Of a stretch of DNA of 59,694 nucleotides, positions 21,191 to 32,031 are shown piece after piece (position 1 is the first letter of the stretch; each line of letters begins with the position of its first letter). A program made the position numbers and the translations under genes. The DNA comes from Chitinophagales bacterium (GTDB taxonomy: Bacteria; Bacteroidota; Bacteroidia; Chitinophagales; Chitinophagaceae): positions 1 to 59,694 of the forward strand of contig JBBSJX010000001.1 of assembly GCA_038256825.1 (NCBI GenBank), in the 5' to 3' direction. The notes under the pieces are model-generated. The model was not told the DNA's origin, did no database searches, and worked only from the letters and a program-made list of their open reading frames with translations.

Positions 21191-22314
21191 TAAAATACAA
21201 ATGCTTTAATACAATCCACTATTTTATCAATATCCTTATTACTTAATTCAAAAAACATAGGTAGCCTAACTAAACAATCTGTGTACCTGTCACTATTTAT
21301 CAGTTCGTTTCCTTCATACTTTTTTTTATAGAATAAACTTTTATGAAGACTTAAATAATGGAAGACTGCATAAATACCATTTTCTTTTAAATGTGCTATT
21401 AACGCACTCCTTTGATCAAGTGATTTACAAACCATGTAAAACATATGACCGTTATTTGTGGCATAATCAGGTATAAATGGAAATTGGATACCATTATCTT
21501 TTCCCCAACTTTCTAAGCCGGCATAATAACGATCAAAAATTTCCTGCCTTCTTGCCTGAATGTCATCCATGTTTTCAATCTGAGCGAACAGGTATGCTGC
21601 ATTTATTTCTGAAGGCAAAAAAGAAGAGCCAGTATCAACCCACTCATACTTATTTACCTCGCCTCTAAAAAACTCAGAACGATTGGTTCCTTTTTCCCAA
21701 ATTATTTCGGCCCTTTTACAATAATTCTCATCGTTTATTGCCAGCATTCCACCCTCGCCTGAATTAATGTTTTTTGTTTCATGAAAAGAAAAGGCTGCTA
21801 AATGACCTATTGAACCTAAAGCTTTTCCTTTATAAAAAGAATTAATTGCCTGGGCAGCGTCTTCAATAACAATCAGGTTGTATTTTTTTGCCAAGGCCAT
21901 TACCACATCCATATCGCAGGCAATACCCGCATAATGAACAACCGCTATAGCTTTTGTTTTAGGTGTTATTAAAGCTTCAATTTTTTCAGTATCAATGTTA
22001 GGATTTAACTCGTTGCTATCCGCAAAAATTATTTTAGCTCCTTCACGGGCAAAAACCAGTGCTGTTGATACAAAAGTATAAGAAGGCACTATTACTTCAT
22101 CCCCGGGATGTATGTCTGCTAATATTGCACACATTTCCAAAGCGTCTGTACAAGATGTGGTAAGTAATGTTTTTTTAAAACCATAAGTTTTTTCAAAGTA
22201 TGCCTGGCACTTTTGTGTAAAAATTCCATTTCCAGAAATTTTACCAGAATAAACTGCCTGGTACATATAGTGCATTTCTTTACCGGTGAGATAAGGCTTG
22301 TTAAAAGGGATCAT
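21190..22314 (-). CDS. wecE: dTDP-4-amino-4,6-dideoxygalactose transaminase
   Basis: MIPFNKP, SCTDALEM, FSFHETKNI..GEGG, EKGTNRSEFFRGEVNKY signature of RffA/WecE. Confidence 0.92.
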   Translation of the reverse strand: MIPFNKPYLTGKEMHYMYQAVYSGKISGNGIFTQKCQAYFEKTYGFKKTLLTTSCTDALEMCAILADIHPGDEVIVPSYTFVSTALVFAREGAKIIFADSNELNPNIDTEKIEALITPKTKAIAVVHYAGIACDMDVVMALAKKYNLIVIEDAAQAINSFYKGKALGSIGHLAAFSFHETKNINSGEGGMLAINDENYCKRAEIIWEKGTNRSEFFRGEVNKYEWVDTGSSFLPSEINAAYLFAQIENMDDIQARRQEIFDRYYAGLESWGKDNGIQFPFIPDYATNNGHMFYMVCKSLDQRSALIAHLKENGIYAVFHYLSLHKSLFYKKKYEGNELINSDRYTDCLVRLPMFFELSNKDIDKIVDCIKAFVF

Positions 22315-22392
22315 TTATAAATTTATTGAGTCTATTTAATTCTTTGTATTTATAATCAATAAGGTATAGTTGAAATTAAGAGGTGCTGAGCC

Positions 22393-23271
22393 TTACTCAA
22401 AACGGGACCTGAATTTTTTAAGAGGCAACAAACTATTATTGCTTTCATCAACTATTTCTGTAATTTTTAGTAAACCTTTTCCGCATACAACTACAGGCTT
22501 GCCTTCCTTAACAAAAATCACTTTGCCAGGATGCCTGACTGGTATTTGAACATCATTTATAACTTCACTATCTATTATTCTAACCTGCACATCATTTATT
22601 TTAGTTACAGCCCCATTAAATGGAAAACCTACACTATCAATAAAACGTTTTATGTTTGGAGCGTCCATATTCCAGTTAATCGTATAATCTTTTTCATCCA
22701 ACCATAAACTATACGATGCTTCCTTCTCATTCTGAACAGTTGCACTTATCTTTTTTGAATTAAGAATATTTTGAGTGATTGATTTAATCAAATCAAAATA
22801 ACAATCCGAAACAAGGTTTATTGCATCATTAATTTTTATGGGATATTGTATTGATACTGACCGCTGTTCAATAATATCACCTTTGTCATACTCCTCCGAA
22901 GCAAACAATGCCGTAACCCCTACTTGCGAATCACCATTAATAAGGGCAGTTGCAAGTGGAGCAAATCCCCTGTATTTTGGTAATAACGAGTCGTGCAAAA
23001 CGATCAAAATAGTTTTATCAAGATTGATAAGCCACCTCCAAGATATAGCGAACGCATATTGGGTCTTGGGCTTGTAATCATCTCTCCTATCGTAGCATTT
23101 AATATTATTTGCCTTACATAAACCGATTATATCAGTATAATAATCATTTTGAACATTGGAATCTTTGGAAGTAACTACAAAATCTATTTTGTCAGGTCCG
23201 AATTCGTTTATAAAAGATTGCAAAATAAAATATCCTTTATAACTCATTAAAAACAGCGTTATCCTATCCAT
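22393..23271 (-). CDS. NDP-amino-sugar N-formyltransferase
   Basis: HDSLLPKYRGFAP, GVT, YDKGDII; next to wecE; start MDRITL overlaps the upstream stop. Confidence 0.8.
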   Translation of the reverse strand: MDRITLFLMSYKGYFILQSFINEFGPDKIDFVVTSKDSNVQNDYYTDIIGLCKANNIKCYDRRDDYKPKTQYAFAISWRWLINLDKTILIVLHDSLLPKYRGFAPLATALINGDSQVGVTALFASEEYDKGDIIEQRSVSIQYPIKINDAINLVSDCYFDLIKSITQNILNSKKISATVQNEKEASYSLWLDEKDYTINWNMDAPNIKRFIDSVGFPFNGAVTKINDVQVRIIDSEVINDVQIPVRHPGKVIFVKEGKPVVVCGKGLLKITEIVDESNNSLLPLKKFRSRFE

Positions 23272-24568
23272 GAGTGCTATCCTTTTCAATCAATCTTAAA
23301 ATTTGTTCTGTTGCTGCGTTAAACGAAAAGTTATTTATAGCTAATTCCCTACTATTTAAACATAAAGTTCCGTAAGCATCTTTATTTAAATCCAATACAT
23401 AACTAATTCCTTTTGCCAGGTCTGGGCTATCCATAAGTTTAGCTCTGTAACCAGTTTTACCTGTAACTACAATATCTTCAGAAACACCCATCTTAAACGA
23501 TACAACCGGGGTGCCCGTCATAATGGATTGATTAATCATCATAGGTCCGGAATCTTCAATAGAAGGGCAAACAAAAACATCCGCAGCGTGAAAAGCTGCA
23601 GCTAATTCCTCACTATTTTTCAGAAGGCCCAGGTTTTTTATTTTAAAAGGCAATGAGATTTTTGATTCATCAAAATTGCCTGCAATCATTAATAAAATGT
23701 TTTCCTGGTTTATGGGGTAATCTTTTTTTAGTATTTCTAATGCCTCAAAAAGATAACGCATTCCTTTTCGTTTGTCGTTAACCGAGGTTGAGCCAAAAAA
23801 TATAACTTTCCTGTTTAATTCAATTCCCAATTTTTTCTTCCCTTCACTTTTAGATACAAAATCATAAACAATCGGATCGATAGATAATATTATTTTGTGG
23901 ATAGGGTTGTTTTTAAAAAGCAAACTTTCCACGGCTTTTTTATTTTGCCATTCGGTAGGGGTAATAATATTAATATTTGTTTTGCTCAGATACTTTAATT
24001 TATACTGAAAGTTTTTAGCTGACTGATCGTTTGGATTTGTTGAATATATTGCCGGACAACTACCGCAACCTTTTGTATATCCATCACAGTTCCATGAATA
24101 ATGACACAGGCCGGTTAAAGGGGCCGTATCCATCATATACCAATATATGGGAGCACCTGTTATAGTATTAAGTTCGTATAGATTTTTAGCGGTTAAATAA
24201 TTTTGCTGGAACAAGTAAAAAATAACATCAGGCTTCATTTTTGCCTTTTTGAGGATGCTCCTGGTGCTATGGTATTCCACCGTTTGATCAAAATCCTGGA
24301 CATGATATTCATGATCCGTTTTTACTTTGCTTTTAATACTTAAAAACGGCAGCCTGTTAAGTACCCTTTTAAACTTAACCTGCATTTTGTTACAAAAAAC
24401 ATCAAAAGAAGTTTCCATACTAACAAAATCATTTTCTTCATAAACTCCATACAATTTGGTTAAAACCTTTGTATTATGGCCCGCACCCTTTAAACCTTTG
24501 TATAAATTGTAAGCAACAATTCCCGAGGTGTAATAAGGATTTTGGGTAGAAAGTATCAACACATTCAT
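23264..24568 (-). CDS. GT4 glycosyltransferase (WcaC-like, with Cys cluster)
   Basis: TGLCHY..C..Y..GC..CP, RKG, CPSIED. Confidence 0.85.
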   Translation of the reverse strand: MNVLILSTQNPYYTSGIVAYNLYKGLKGAGHNTKVLTKLYGVYEENDFVSMETSFDVFCNKMQVKFKRVLNRLPFLSIKSKVKTDHEYHVQDFDQTVEYHSTRSILKKAKMKPDVIFYLFQQNYLTAKNLYELNTITGAPIYWYMMDTAPLTGLCHYSWNCDGYTKGCGSCPAIYSTNPNDQSAKNFQYKLKYLSKTNINIITPTEWQNKKAVESLLFKNNPIHKIILSIDPIVYDFVSKSEGKKKLGIELNRKVIFFGSTSVNDKRKGMRYLFEALEILKKDYPINQENILLMIAGNFDESKISLPFKIKNLGLLKNSEELAAAFHAADVFVCPSIEDSGPMMINQSIMTGTPVVSFKMGVSEDIVVTGKTGYRAKLMDSPDLAKGISYVLDLNKDAYGTLCLNSRELAINNFSFNAATEQILRLIEKDSTHG

Positions 24569-24574
24569 CTGCTA

Positions 24575-25942
24575 TTATTTTACCCAAATACCCTGGGCCT
24601 TATCTTTAATTATTTTATTATACTGTATAGGAAGCAACACTGCAGAAACCAAACTTATGATGGTTGTAGACAATACCACACCGTAAATACCTAAACTTTT
24701 TCCTAAGTAAATTGCTAATGGAATATTAATAAGACTTCCTAAAAGTGAAATGTATAATTGCAGTTTTATTTTTCCAACACCATTTAAAAAATTACTGTAA
24801 ATGCTGTTCCATGCATTTAGTACAACATACATTGCCATAACGGCCGATAATGTAATGGGCACCAAAATTTCGTTACCCACCCAAAGCTTGAAAACAAAGT
24901 TTGCAAAAACCAACATTACTATTGTTACAATTAAAACCAATAAAACCAGCAGTTTCAATTTCTTCATGGTATCCTCAATCCAACCTATATCTTTTGTACT
25001 CCAGGCTTCGGTAAAGGCGCTCCAAAACGGAACCAGTACAATGCCAAAAATCATAGGGATAATTCCAAAATATTTGTAGGCAATATTATATGGGGTAACC
25101 TGTGCGGGGCCAAAAAGCTGGGCAATAATAATATTACTTGTCTGGTATAAAATAACAAAGGCTATCTGGATAATAAAAAACTTTAACCCTAAACTCATCA
25201 GGTCACGGGCGTAGGTAAATTTTACAAACTTAATAGATGGAGTGTACTTGCGATAAGCACCAAAGAAACACCATACACTTGCCAGTGCCAACACAAAAAC
25301 CGGTGTAAACGAGAGTGCTGTACCCAGGTATATAAGGTTGCCCTGTGTGGTTTTGGTTAAAATAAATATGATTATTAAAGAAAACAGTCCGCCAAGGAAA
25401 TTAAAAAAGGATGCTTTTGCCGGCTGTTGATTGGCTGTAAGTATGGTAGTAATTAATTGCAATACAAACTGGATACAAAAAAACACAAATACAATGAGCG
25501 CCAAAATTTTTAATTCGCCCGCCATTTGGGGTGAGGTATTTAGTATAGATGCCCAGTTTAAAAATGGATTAATAACAAAAAACAGTAGTAGAATAATTGA
25601 TATGATAATGATAAGAATAGCATAAGTAGTACTTACATAAATACGTGCAAGTTCATGCTCGCCACGGGATACTGCCTCGGTAAACTTATTACGCAAACCG
25701 TTTCCAAAGCCAATATCAAAAAAGCTAAACCAGGTTATTATTGAACTTAAGGTTAACCAAATACCATATTGAGTTTGGTTTACGTAGTGCAGGGTTAAAG
25801 GCAACAGCAATAAACTTATTACAATACTTCCTCCCCTTATTAAAAAAGATGCGAGGATGTTTTTTTTTGCATTAACGCTGCGGGAATGACCTTTATTTAA
25901 GTAGCCTTTAATAAATGTAACCGGGTAACTGAACAAACTCAT
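24575..25942 (-). CDS. wzx: Wzx polysaccharide flippase
   Basis: About 12 TM segments, YGIWLTL..I..WF.FFDIGFGNGLRN. Confidence 0.88.
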   Translation of the reverse strand: MSLFSYPVTFIKGYLNKGHSRSVNAKKNILASFLIRGGSIVISLLLLPLTLHYVNQTQYGIWLTLSSIITWFSFFDIGFGNGLRNKFTEAVSRGEHELARIYVSTTYAILIIIISIILLLFFVINPFLNWASILNTSPQMAGELKILALIVFVFFCIQFVLQLITTILTANQQPAKASFFNFLGGLFSLIIIFILTKTTQGNLIYLGTALSFTPVFVLALASVWCFFGAYRKYTPSIKFVKFTYARDLMSLGLKFFIIQIAFVILYQTSNIIIAQLFGPAQVTPYNIAYKYFGIIPMIFGIVLVPFWSAFTEAWSTKDIGWIEDTMKKLKLLVLLVLIVTIVMLVFANFVFKLWVGNEILVPITLSAVMAMYVVLNAWNSIYSNFLNGVGKIKLQLYISLLGSLINIPLAIYLGKSLGIYGVVLSTTIISLVSAVLLPIQYNKIIKDKAQGIWVK

Positions 25943-26011
25943 AGTTTATAAAAACCTTTCTGCAAACATTACAGAAAGGGATACGATTTTGAAGGGTTGA
26001 GTAAAGATTTT

Positions 26012-26070
26012 TTGTACAAGAGTGCGACGCAACAAAGGCTCCGTAGAAAACCAGCAGTTGGTAACACAAA
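26012..26070 (+). repeat. Dispersed intergenic element, copy 3
   Basis: ttgtacaagagtGCGACGCaacaaaggctcc...agttggtaacacaaa. Confidence 0.85.
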
Positions 26071-26204
26071 CTAAAAATTAGTTACTTGTTTGTTGTTTTT
26101 AAAAAAAATATGAGCTATTTGTTTATGGCTTCGCCCTCCTCAATCACATAATTCATGAGATCATCTGATTACAGAAAATAGTATTGACGAATTAGAAACG
26201 AATT

Positions 26205-28523
26205 CTAAACTGTTTTGTTATCCAAAAGTTTAGTCTTTCTTGGTTTTGGCTGGTTTAAATAACCTTTTGTATAACCATACCCATAACCATAATCGCTCTT
26301 ACTAAAACCACGGGGTTGAACACCATTGAAAACGATGGTTACGTTTTTTAATAATTCAATGTTGTTTTCTCCTTCTAATCTTTGTAATCCTGCTTTGGGA
26401 GTATAATTGTGACGAACGATATAGAGAGTTGAATCGCATAATGGAGACAAAATATAAGCGTCGGATAAGGCTCCAACGGGGGCAGAATCAACAATGATAT
26501 GATCAAATTTACCCTCCAGGTAAGCAAATAGCTCCTGAACTTTTCCATTCATAATAAGCTCAGATGGATTGTCGGGCAAATCGCCGCAAGGAATTATAAA
26601 CAGGTTTCTACTTGCATCTGTTGGTTTAATAATTTCCTCCGCTTCACTCTCGCCTTGTAAATAACTGGATATTCCTTTTTCCTCGTTAACATCTAATTTT
26701 TCGCTAAGTGCCGGATTACTTAAATCAAACTCCAGTAAAATCACCTTTTTTCCTGCTAAGGCTAATGTTAACCCAAGGTTTGCTGCTACAAAACTTTTAC
26801 CTTCTCCGGATATTGTGGAAGTAATAAGAATTTTCTTTTTGTTTTCAACCATACCCATATGGTATATAGAAGCACGCAATTTTCTGAACTGCTCCGCAAC
26901 CAGCCCTCTTTTTCCATCGGCAATGGCTAATGGATTATTAGATTTTTCGTAAGCTATTTCGCCAATAACCGGGAAGGTAGTAAGCTGTTCAATCTCGTTA
27001 CGATATAATATTTTGCTACTGAGCAACTCTTTACCAACTATGAGCGATACGCCCACAGCCATGGCAAAAACAATGGAAGCGAGGTATATAAGCTTTTTGT
27101 TCGGGCTTACTGGCCCTTGTGACGATTCGGGTTCATCAACTACTTTATTATTAAGGGTATTGGATGAATAGGAAAGGGCTGCTTCCTCTCTGCGCTGTAA
27201 CAATATATTATAAATGTTGCTTTTAATACTGTGCTCTCTGCTTATCTCAACCAAATCCCTTTCTTTTTGAGGAATGGCTTGCATAATAGAAGAATAAGCG
27301 CCATTGGTAGCATACAGATTATTCTTACTTACCGATAAACTTCTTCGCTGGCTTTCAATATTTTCAAGAATACCCGGTTTAATTTTCTTTATTTCATCGG
27401 TAACGGCAACCAATACCGGATTATTTTCGGCAGTGGTCTTTTTTAGTTTTTCATATTGTAGTTCAGCATCGTAAAGTTTATTTAAAAGCTGCGATAACAT
27501 GGGATCGCTAACTCCTAATGTTGATGGCACAATCCCACCAACATTATTTTTAGACTGGATATAATTACCCACCTGGTTTAAAACAGCCATCTGCATGTTT
27601 ATTTCAGATAACTTCTGATCGTTTGTACTAACATTTTCGAGAAACAACTTTCCCTGCGAGCTGATATCCAATGCACCATTGGCTTTAAACTGTTGTATTT
27701 TCCGCTCTATTGAGTCCAAATCCTGTTTTACATAATTCAACCGGTCTTCAACAGATGAAGAAATATTTTTGGCGAGAGTGTTCTTTTCATCGGATAGAAT
27801 TTTATTATAACCCGTTAAAATTTCCCGTAAAATATCTTCTGCACGTACGCTCGACTGATCCATTATGCTTAAACCAATAACTGACGATAGCTTGCTTACC
27901 GAAGACACATTAAGCATAGAACCCAAAGCATTTACCATAACCTTTGGATTGGTTAAGGTAAAAAAAAGCGGCTTGTCCGATGGTACGTACCCCGATTTTG
28001 CAATAAACATTACCATACCTATCCTAGTATTTACCCATTCGTCGTATGGATATACCTTGTCGTTAATCACTACTTTACCGGTGCTTCTTTGAATTGAAAA
28101 ATATACTTTTTGGTCAGTTCGTAAAGTATCAGCGTCCTTATGAATGATTGTAACCGGAGCATTTTCGTAAAGTAGGGTAGGTTTAAATTTCCCTTCTTCA
28201 TAAACCGCTGCATATAAGTTTAAATTCAGTACAACTTCTTTTAATAATGAGTTTGACTTTAGAACCTCAATTTCGTTCTCTACAATTTTTTTGGACGAAA
28301 GGTAATTCAACGATTCACTCAATTTTGAATCGTCCGATCCCTTCTTTTCATCTTTTATTAATATACTGGCAGTAGCCTGGTAAAGGGGTGCTTTATATTG
28401 CAGGTATGCCCATGCACCCGCCAAAAAAATCACGATCAGCACCAGGAACAACGGCCAAAATGGAACAAATTTGTTCCATAATTGAAGAACGAGATTGTCT
28501 TCTTTTTTCGTAACCACTTTCAT
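26205..28523 (-). CDS. wzc: Wzc-type polysaccharide co-polymerase / tyrosine autokinase
   Basis: Two TM segments, AEQFR.LR, Walker A TISGEGKS, IIVDSAP, C-terminal YGYGYGY cluster. Confidence 0.93.
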   Translation of the reverse strand: MKVVTKKEDNLVLQLWNKFVPFWPLFLVLIVIFLAGAWAYLQYKAPLYQATASILIKDEKKGSDDSKLSESLNYLSSKKIVENEIEVLKSNSLLKEVVLNLNLYAAVYEEGKFKPTLLYENAPVTIIHKDADTLRTDQKVYFSIQRSTGKVVINDKVYPYDEWVNTRIGMVMFIAKSGYVPSDKPLFFTLTNPKVMVNALGSMLNVSSVSKLSSVIGLSIMDQSSVRAEDILREILTGYNKILSDEKNTLAKNISSSVEDRLNYVKQDLDSIERKIQQFKANGALDISSQGKLFLENVSTNDQKLSEINMQMAVLNQVGNYIQSKNNVGGIVPSTLGVSDPMLSQLLNKLYDAELQYEKLKKTTAENNPVLVAVTDEIKKIKPGILENIESQRRSLSVSKNNLYATNGAYSSIMQAIPQKERDLVEISREHSIKSNIYNILLQRREEAALSYSSNTLNNKVVDEPESSQGPVSPNKKLIYLASIVFAMAVGVSLIVGKELLSSKILYRNEIEQLTTFPVIGEIAYEKSNNPLAIADGKRGLVAEQFRKLRASIYHMGMVENKKKILITSTISGEGKSFVAANLGLTLALAGKKVILLEFDLSNPALSEKLDVNEEKGISSYLQGESEAEEIIKPTDASRNLFIIPCGDLPDNPSELIMNGKVQELFAYLEGKFDHIIVDSAPVGALSDAYILSPLCDSTLYIVRHNYTPKAGLQRLEGENNIELLKNVTIVFNGVQPRGFSKSDYGYGYGYTKGYLNQPKPRKTKLLDNKTV

Positions 28524-28552
28524 AATTCCATTATTTTATAAGATACAAAATT

Positions 28553-28560
28553 CAAACTTA
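28553..28560 (-). promoter_or_regulatory. Bacteroidota sigma-ABfr -7 element for the wzc operon
   Basis: TAAGTTTG matches TAnnTTTG, about 30 nt upstream of the ATG. Confidence 0.55.
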
Positions 28561-28791
28561 AAATTTAAATACAAACCTTGCACTTATGGGTTGTAATGAC
28601 GTGTCAATATTAATTAAAGTTGCAAAATACCCACAAAGCCTTATCCGCACACAGCATGCAATATTAGTAAACTCATAAACACTAATGTCCGGAATTAAGG
28701 CGTTGCATTTATTTAGTTGCTTATTTAGTTGTGAGTTATTCAGTCGGCTTTTCTAAATATCATGCCATAAGTTAGTATTTTTTGGTTTTAT

Positions 28792-28860
28792 TATGGGGTT
28801 TTCAGCAATGGATGCTTTGTGAATCCCCGGTTGTGTCACTCACTTGTACCGCATCTTTCC
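28792..28860 (-). repeat. Dispersed intergenic element, copy 4
   Basis: Minus strand aaagatgcggtacaagtgaGTGACACaaccggggattcacaaag; 40/44 nt match to copy 6. Confidence 0.88.
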
Positions 28861-28927
28861 AATCAACTTTTTAAAACTCCAAACCAATCCAATATATTTA
28901 TCATAAATAAAAAAACATTACCCGCTT

Positions 28928-30022
28928 ATGAAAAAAATTAAAGTAGCCTTATTGGGAGCCGGCTTCATTAGCGATATTCATATTGAAAGTTATAAACGGT
29001 TTGTACCCGAAGCCGAAGTTGTAGCCGTTTACACCCGCAATGCTGAAAAAGCAAAAGCCTTTGCCCAAAAACATCATATTGCCCACTGGTACAACAATAT
29101 TGACGAAGTAATAGCACAATCCGGCTGCGATGTCATTGATATCTGTCTGCCAAATTTTTTACACCACCAGGCTACACTAAAAGCTGCGGCCGCAGGCAAA
29201 AATATTATTATTGAAAAACCATTGGCAGTAACCTTAGAGGAAGCAGATGAAATGATTGAAGCCTGCAAACAGGCAGCAGTTAAACTAATGTACGCGGAGG
29301 AATTATGTTTTGCTCCAAAATACGAACGGGTCAGGCAAATGGTTAACCAGGGTGCCGTTGGAGAAGTGTACATGCTAAAACAGGCGGAGAAACATTCAGG
29401 ACCACATTCCGATTGGTTTTACGATGTAAACCTGTCGGGCGGTGGTGTGCTGATGGATATGGGTTGCCACGCTATTGAATGGTTTAGATGGATGACCGGC
29501 AATGCTAAAATAAACAGTGTTTATGCTACTATGTCAACCGTTTTACATAAGGAGCGCACAAAAGGTGAAGACAATTCAGTGATGATTATTGAATTTGATA
29601 ATGGTGTAACCGCAGTTGCGGAAAACAGTTGGGCAAAACATGGGGGAATGGATGACAAAAGCGAGGTTTATGGTACCGGCGGGGTTGTATATGCCGATTT
29701 GTTTATGGGAAATGCCGCTGTATCGTACAGTAAGCATGGGTACGATTATGCCATGGAAAAAGCAGATACTACAGTTGGCTGGAGTTTTACTGTGTTTGAA
29801 GAAGTTTTTAACCAGGGTTATCCCCACGAGCTGCATCACTTTATTGATTGTGTTCAAAACAATAAAGAACCTTTGGTTACCGGCGAAGATGGTAGAGCTG
29901 TATTGGAAGTAATTTATGCAGCATATGCTTCAGCAGCAGAAGGAAGAAAAATAGAATTGCCCTTTAACCCAAAAGTTACAAAACCTATTGATCTTTGGTT
30001 AGGAACTGGTGAAGGATATTAA
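28928..30022 (+). CDS. Gfo/Idh/MocA family NAD(P)-dependent oxidoreductase
   Basis: GAGFIS Rossmann motif, EKPLA, GGGVLMDMGCH. Confidence 0.92.
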   Translation: MKKIKVALLGAGFISDIHIESYKRFVPEAEVVAVYTRNAEKAKAFAQKHHIAHWYNNIDEVIAQSGCDVIDICLPNFLHHQATLKAAAAGKNIIIEKPLAVTLEEADEMIEACKQAAVKLMYAEELCFAPKYERVRQMVNQGAVGEVYMLKQAEKHSGPHSDWFYDVNLSGGGVLMDMGCHAIEWFRWMTGNAKINSVYATMSTVLHKERTKGEDNSVMIIEFDNGVTAVAENSWAKHGGMDDKSEVYGTGGVVYADLFMGNAAVSYSKHGYDYAMEKADTTVGWSFTVFEEVFNQGYPHELHHFIDCVQNNKEPLVTGEDGRAVLEVIYAAYASAAEGRKIELPFNPKVTKPIDLWLGTGEGY

Positions 30023-30069
30023 TGTCATACTTTTTCTACCTCATTATCATTAAACCAATCCCATCTCTT

Positions 30070-30801
30070 ATGAAAATAATTGTTTCTAAAACCTACGATC
30101 AAATGTGCCAAAAGGCATTAACTGATTTAATTAATATCATTAGTAAAATACCTGCCCCGCTCTTATGTGTGGCTTCGGGGGATAGCCCAAAAGGTATTTA
30201 CCAGCACCTATGCGAAAAAGTATTTACTAACTTAATTAATGTATCGGGTTGGAGTTTTGTGGGATTAGATGAATGGGTTGGGCTTAATGGTGAAGATGAA
30301 GGAAGTTGCCAATATCATTTAAATAATCACTTGTTCAATCCGTTAAACGTTACGGACGACAGGCTGTGTTTTTACAACGGCAGGGCAAAAACTTTAGAGG
30401 CGGAATGCAATCGCATAGAGGAATATATAAAAAACAAAGGCGGAATTGATATTGCCGTTGTTGGATTAGGCATGAACGGCCATGTTGGTATGAATGAACC
30501 GGGCACAGCCGCCAACCATCATTCGCATGTTGCTGAAATTGCAGCCCAAACCCAGGCAATTGGTCAGAAATATTTTTCCAAACCCCAATCATTAACCCAC
30601 GGATTAACCATGGGGCTTGCAAACCTCGCCGAAACCAGCCATGTATTTTTAATAGTAAGCGGAAAAAACAAAGCCGAAATTGTAAAAAAGCTGGTTGAAG
30701 CAGATATTTCTGATGAAATACCGGCTACCTTTTTACGAACCCATCCTTCGTTTACGCTTTACCTGGATGAAGAAGCCGGATCCTTAATTTCGATAGGATA
30801 A
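30070..30801 (+). CDS. nagB: Glucosamine-6-phosphate deaminase family protein
   Basis: SGDSP, LDEWVG, GMNGHVGMNEPG; start MKIIVS chosen. Confidence 0.8.
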   Translation: MKIIVSKTYDQMCQKALTDLINIISKIPAPLLCVASGDSPKGIYQHLCEKVFTNLINVSGWSFVGLDEWVGLNGEDEGSCQYHLNNHLFNPLNVTDDRLCFYNGRAKTLEAECNRIEEYIKNKGGIDIAVVGLGMNGHVGMNEPGTAANHHSHVAEIAAQTQAIGQKYFSKPQSLTHGLTMGLANLAETSHVFLIVSGKNKAEIVKKLVEADISDEIPATFLRTHPSFTLYLDEEAGSLISIG

Positions 30802-30805
30802 GCTT

Positions 30806-31663
30806 ATGAAAAATAATAATGTAATCGGGATAGATTTAGGCGGCACCAATGTAAGGGCAGGAATGGTACAGGAAGACAACCTTATTAATATTAAAAGCAA
30901 GAAGATTAATAACAACGGTACTGTTGAAGAAGTTTTGGAAGATTTGTTTGAGTTAACCGATGCACTCATTAATAACCAGACTGCGGCTATTGGCATAGGT
31001 GTTCCGGGCTTAATTGATGTGGATCAACAATTAGTTTATGATGTCGTAAATATTCCATCGTGGAAGGAAGTGCCCTTACAAAAATGGATGGAAGAGCGGT
31101 ATAACATTCCCGTTTATATTAACAACGATGCAAATTGCTTTGCACTTGGCGAGTTTTATTTTGGAAAAGGCAAAGGCCACTCCTCGATGATTGGATTAAC
31201 CCTGGGTACCGGACTGGGTTCAGGCATCATTATAAATAATCAATTGTATAGCGGGGCAAATTGCGGGGCTGGCGAATTTGGAATGGTGCCCTACTTAGAG
31301 CACTGTTTTGAATATTATGCGAGTGGCCAGTTTTTTCAGAACGTTTTCCACACCGATGGAGAGGTTGTATTTGACCTTGCCAGCAATGGAGCTTTGGACG
31401 CTCTCAGTAAATACGATGCATTTGGTACACATTTAGGAAATGCTATTAAAATGATCCTTTTTGCTTTGGATCCTTCCTGTATTATTTTAGGTGGATCTGT
31501 TAGGAAAGGATGGCCCTATTTTGAGAAAACCATGTGGAATTCAATAAACAACTTTGCCTACCGGCGATCGTTAAAAAAATTGCAGATTGAAGTTTCGGAA
31601 CTGGAGAACAGCGGTATATTGGGAGCTGCCGCTTTGTACTACGATAGCTTAAAGAATGTTTAG
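30806..31663 (+). CDS. ROK family sugar kinase
   Basis: IDLGGT, NDANCFALGE, LGTGLG, GAGEFG. Confidence 0.92.
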   Translation: MKNNNVIGIDLGGTNVRAGMVQEDNLINIKSKKINNNGTVEEVLEDLFELTDALINNQTAAIGIGVPGLIDVDQQLVYDVVNIPSWKEVPLQKWMEERYNIPVYINNDANCFALGEFYFGKGKGHSSMIGLTLGTGLGSGIIINNQLYSGANCGAGEFGMVPYLEHCFEYYASGQFFQNVFHTDGEVVFDLASNGALDALSKYDAFGTHLGNAIKMILFALDPSCIILGGSVRKGWPYFEKTMWNSINNFAYRRSLKKLQIEVSELENSGILGAAALYYDSLKNV

Positions 31664-31760
31664 AGTTTTTAGTTTGCTAACAATTATTTTAAGCACCTGG
31701 TCCAACTTATTTACCATATACGCTCTACTCACATATTAATATGCTTTCCGTAAATAGTGC

Positions 31761-31838
31761 CTGTTGCCAATTGGTGTAAAGATGAAGTGATTGCGACGCA
31801 AGGATGATGCTATTATAACCTATGCCGGTATAATAAAA
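31761..31838 (+). repeat. Dispersed intergenic element, copy 5
   Basis: ctgttgcc-N12-gatgaagtgattGCGACGCaaggatgatgctat...tgccggtataataaaa. Confidence 0.88.
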
Positions 31839-32031
31839 TGTCTTTTAAATATCCCTCTAATACAGCTTACCCTTAAACCATTTTCACATTCCTGGCAATA
31901 TTGCTTGCATATGTAGAAAATAATTTGAATTTTTAGTACACCATTGATTATCGCGATGCTTTACTTCACCCATAAGTTTAGCGTAACATCAACTGAACAA
32001 ACCTAATTTTTGTACTAAACCAAAATCTAAT

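Noticed and set aside
28524-28790. Invertible promoter or ops/UpxY antitermination site upstream of wzc
   Set aside because: No clear inverted-repeat pair around the promoter (only a weak TTATGGGT/ACCCACAA match), and no recombinase or UpxY gene nearby
31894-31909. Sigma54 promoter TGGCAATATTGCTTGC upstream of the Bor-like gene
   Set aside because: GG-to-GC spacing is 11 nt rather than the required 10
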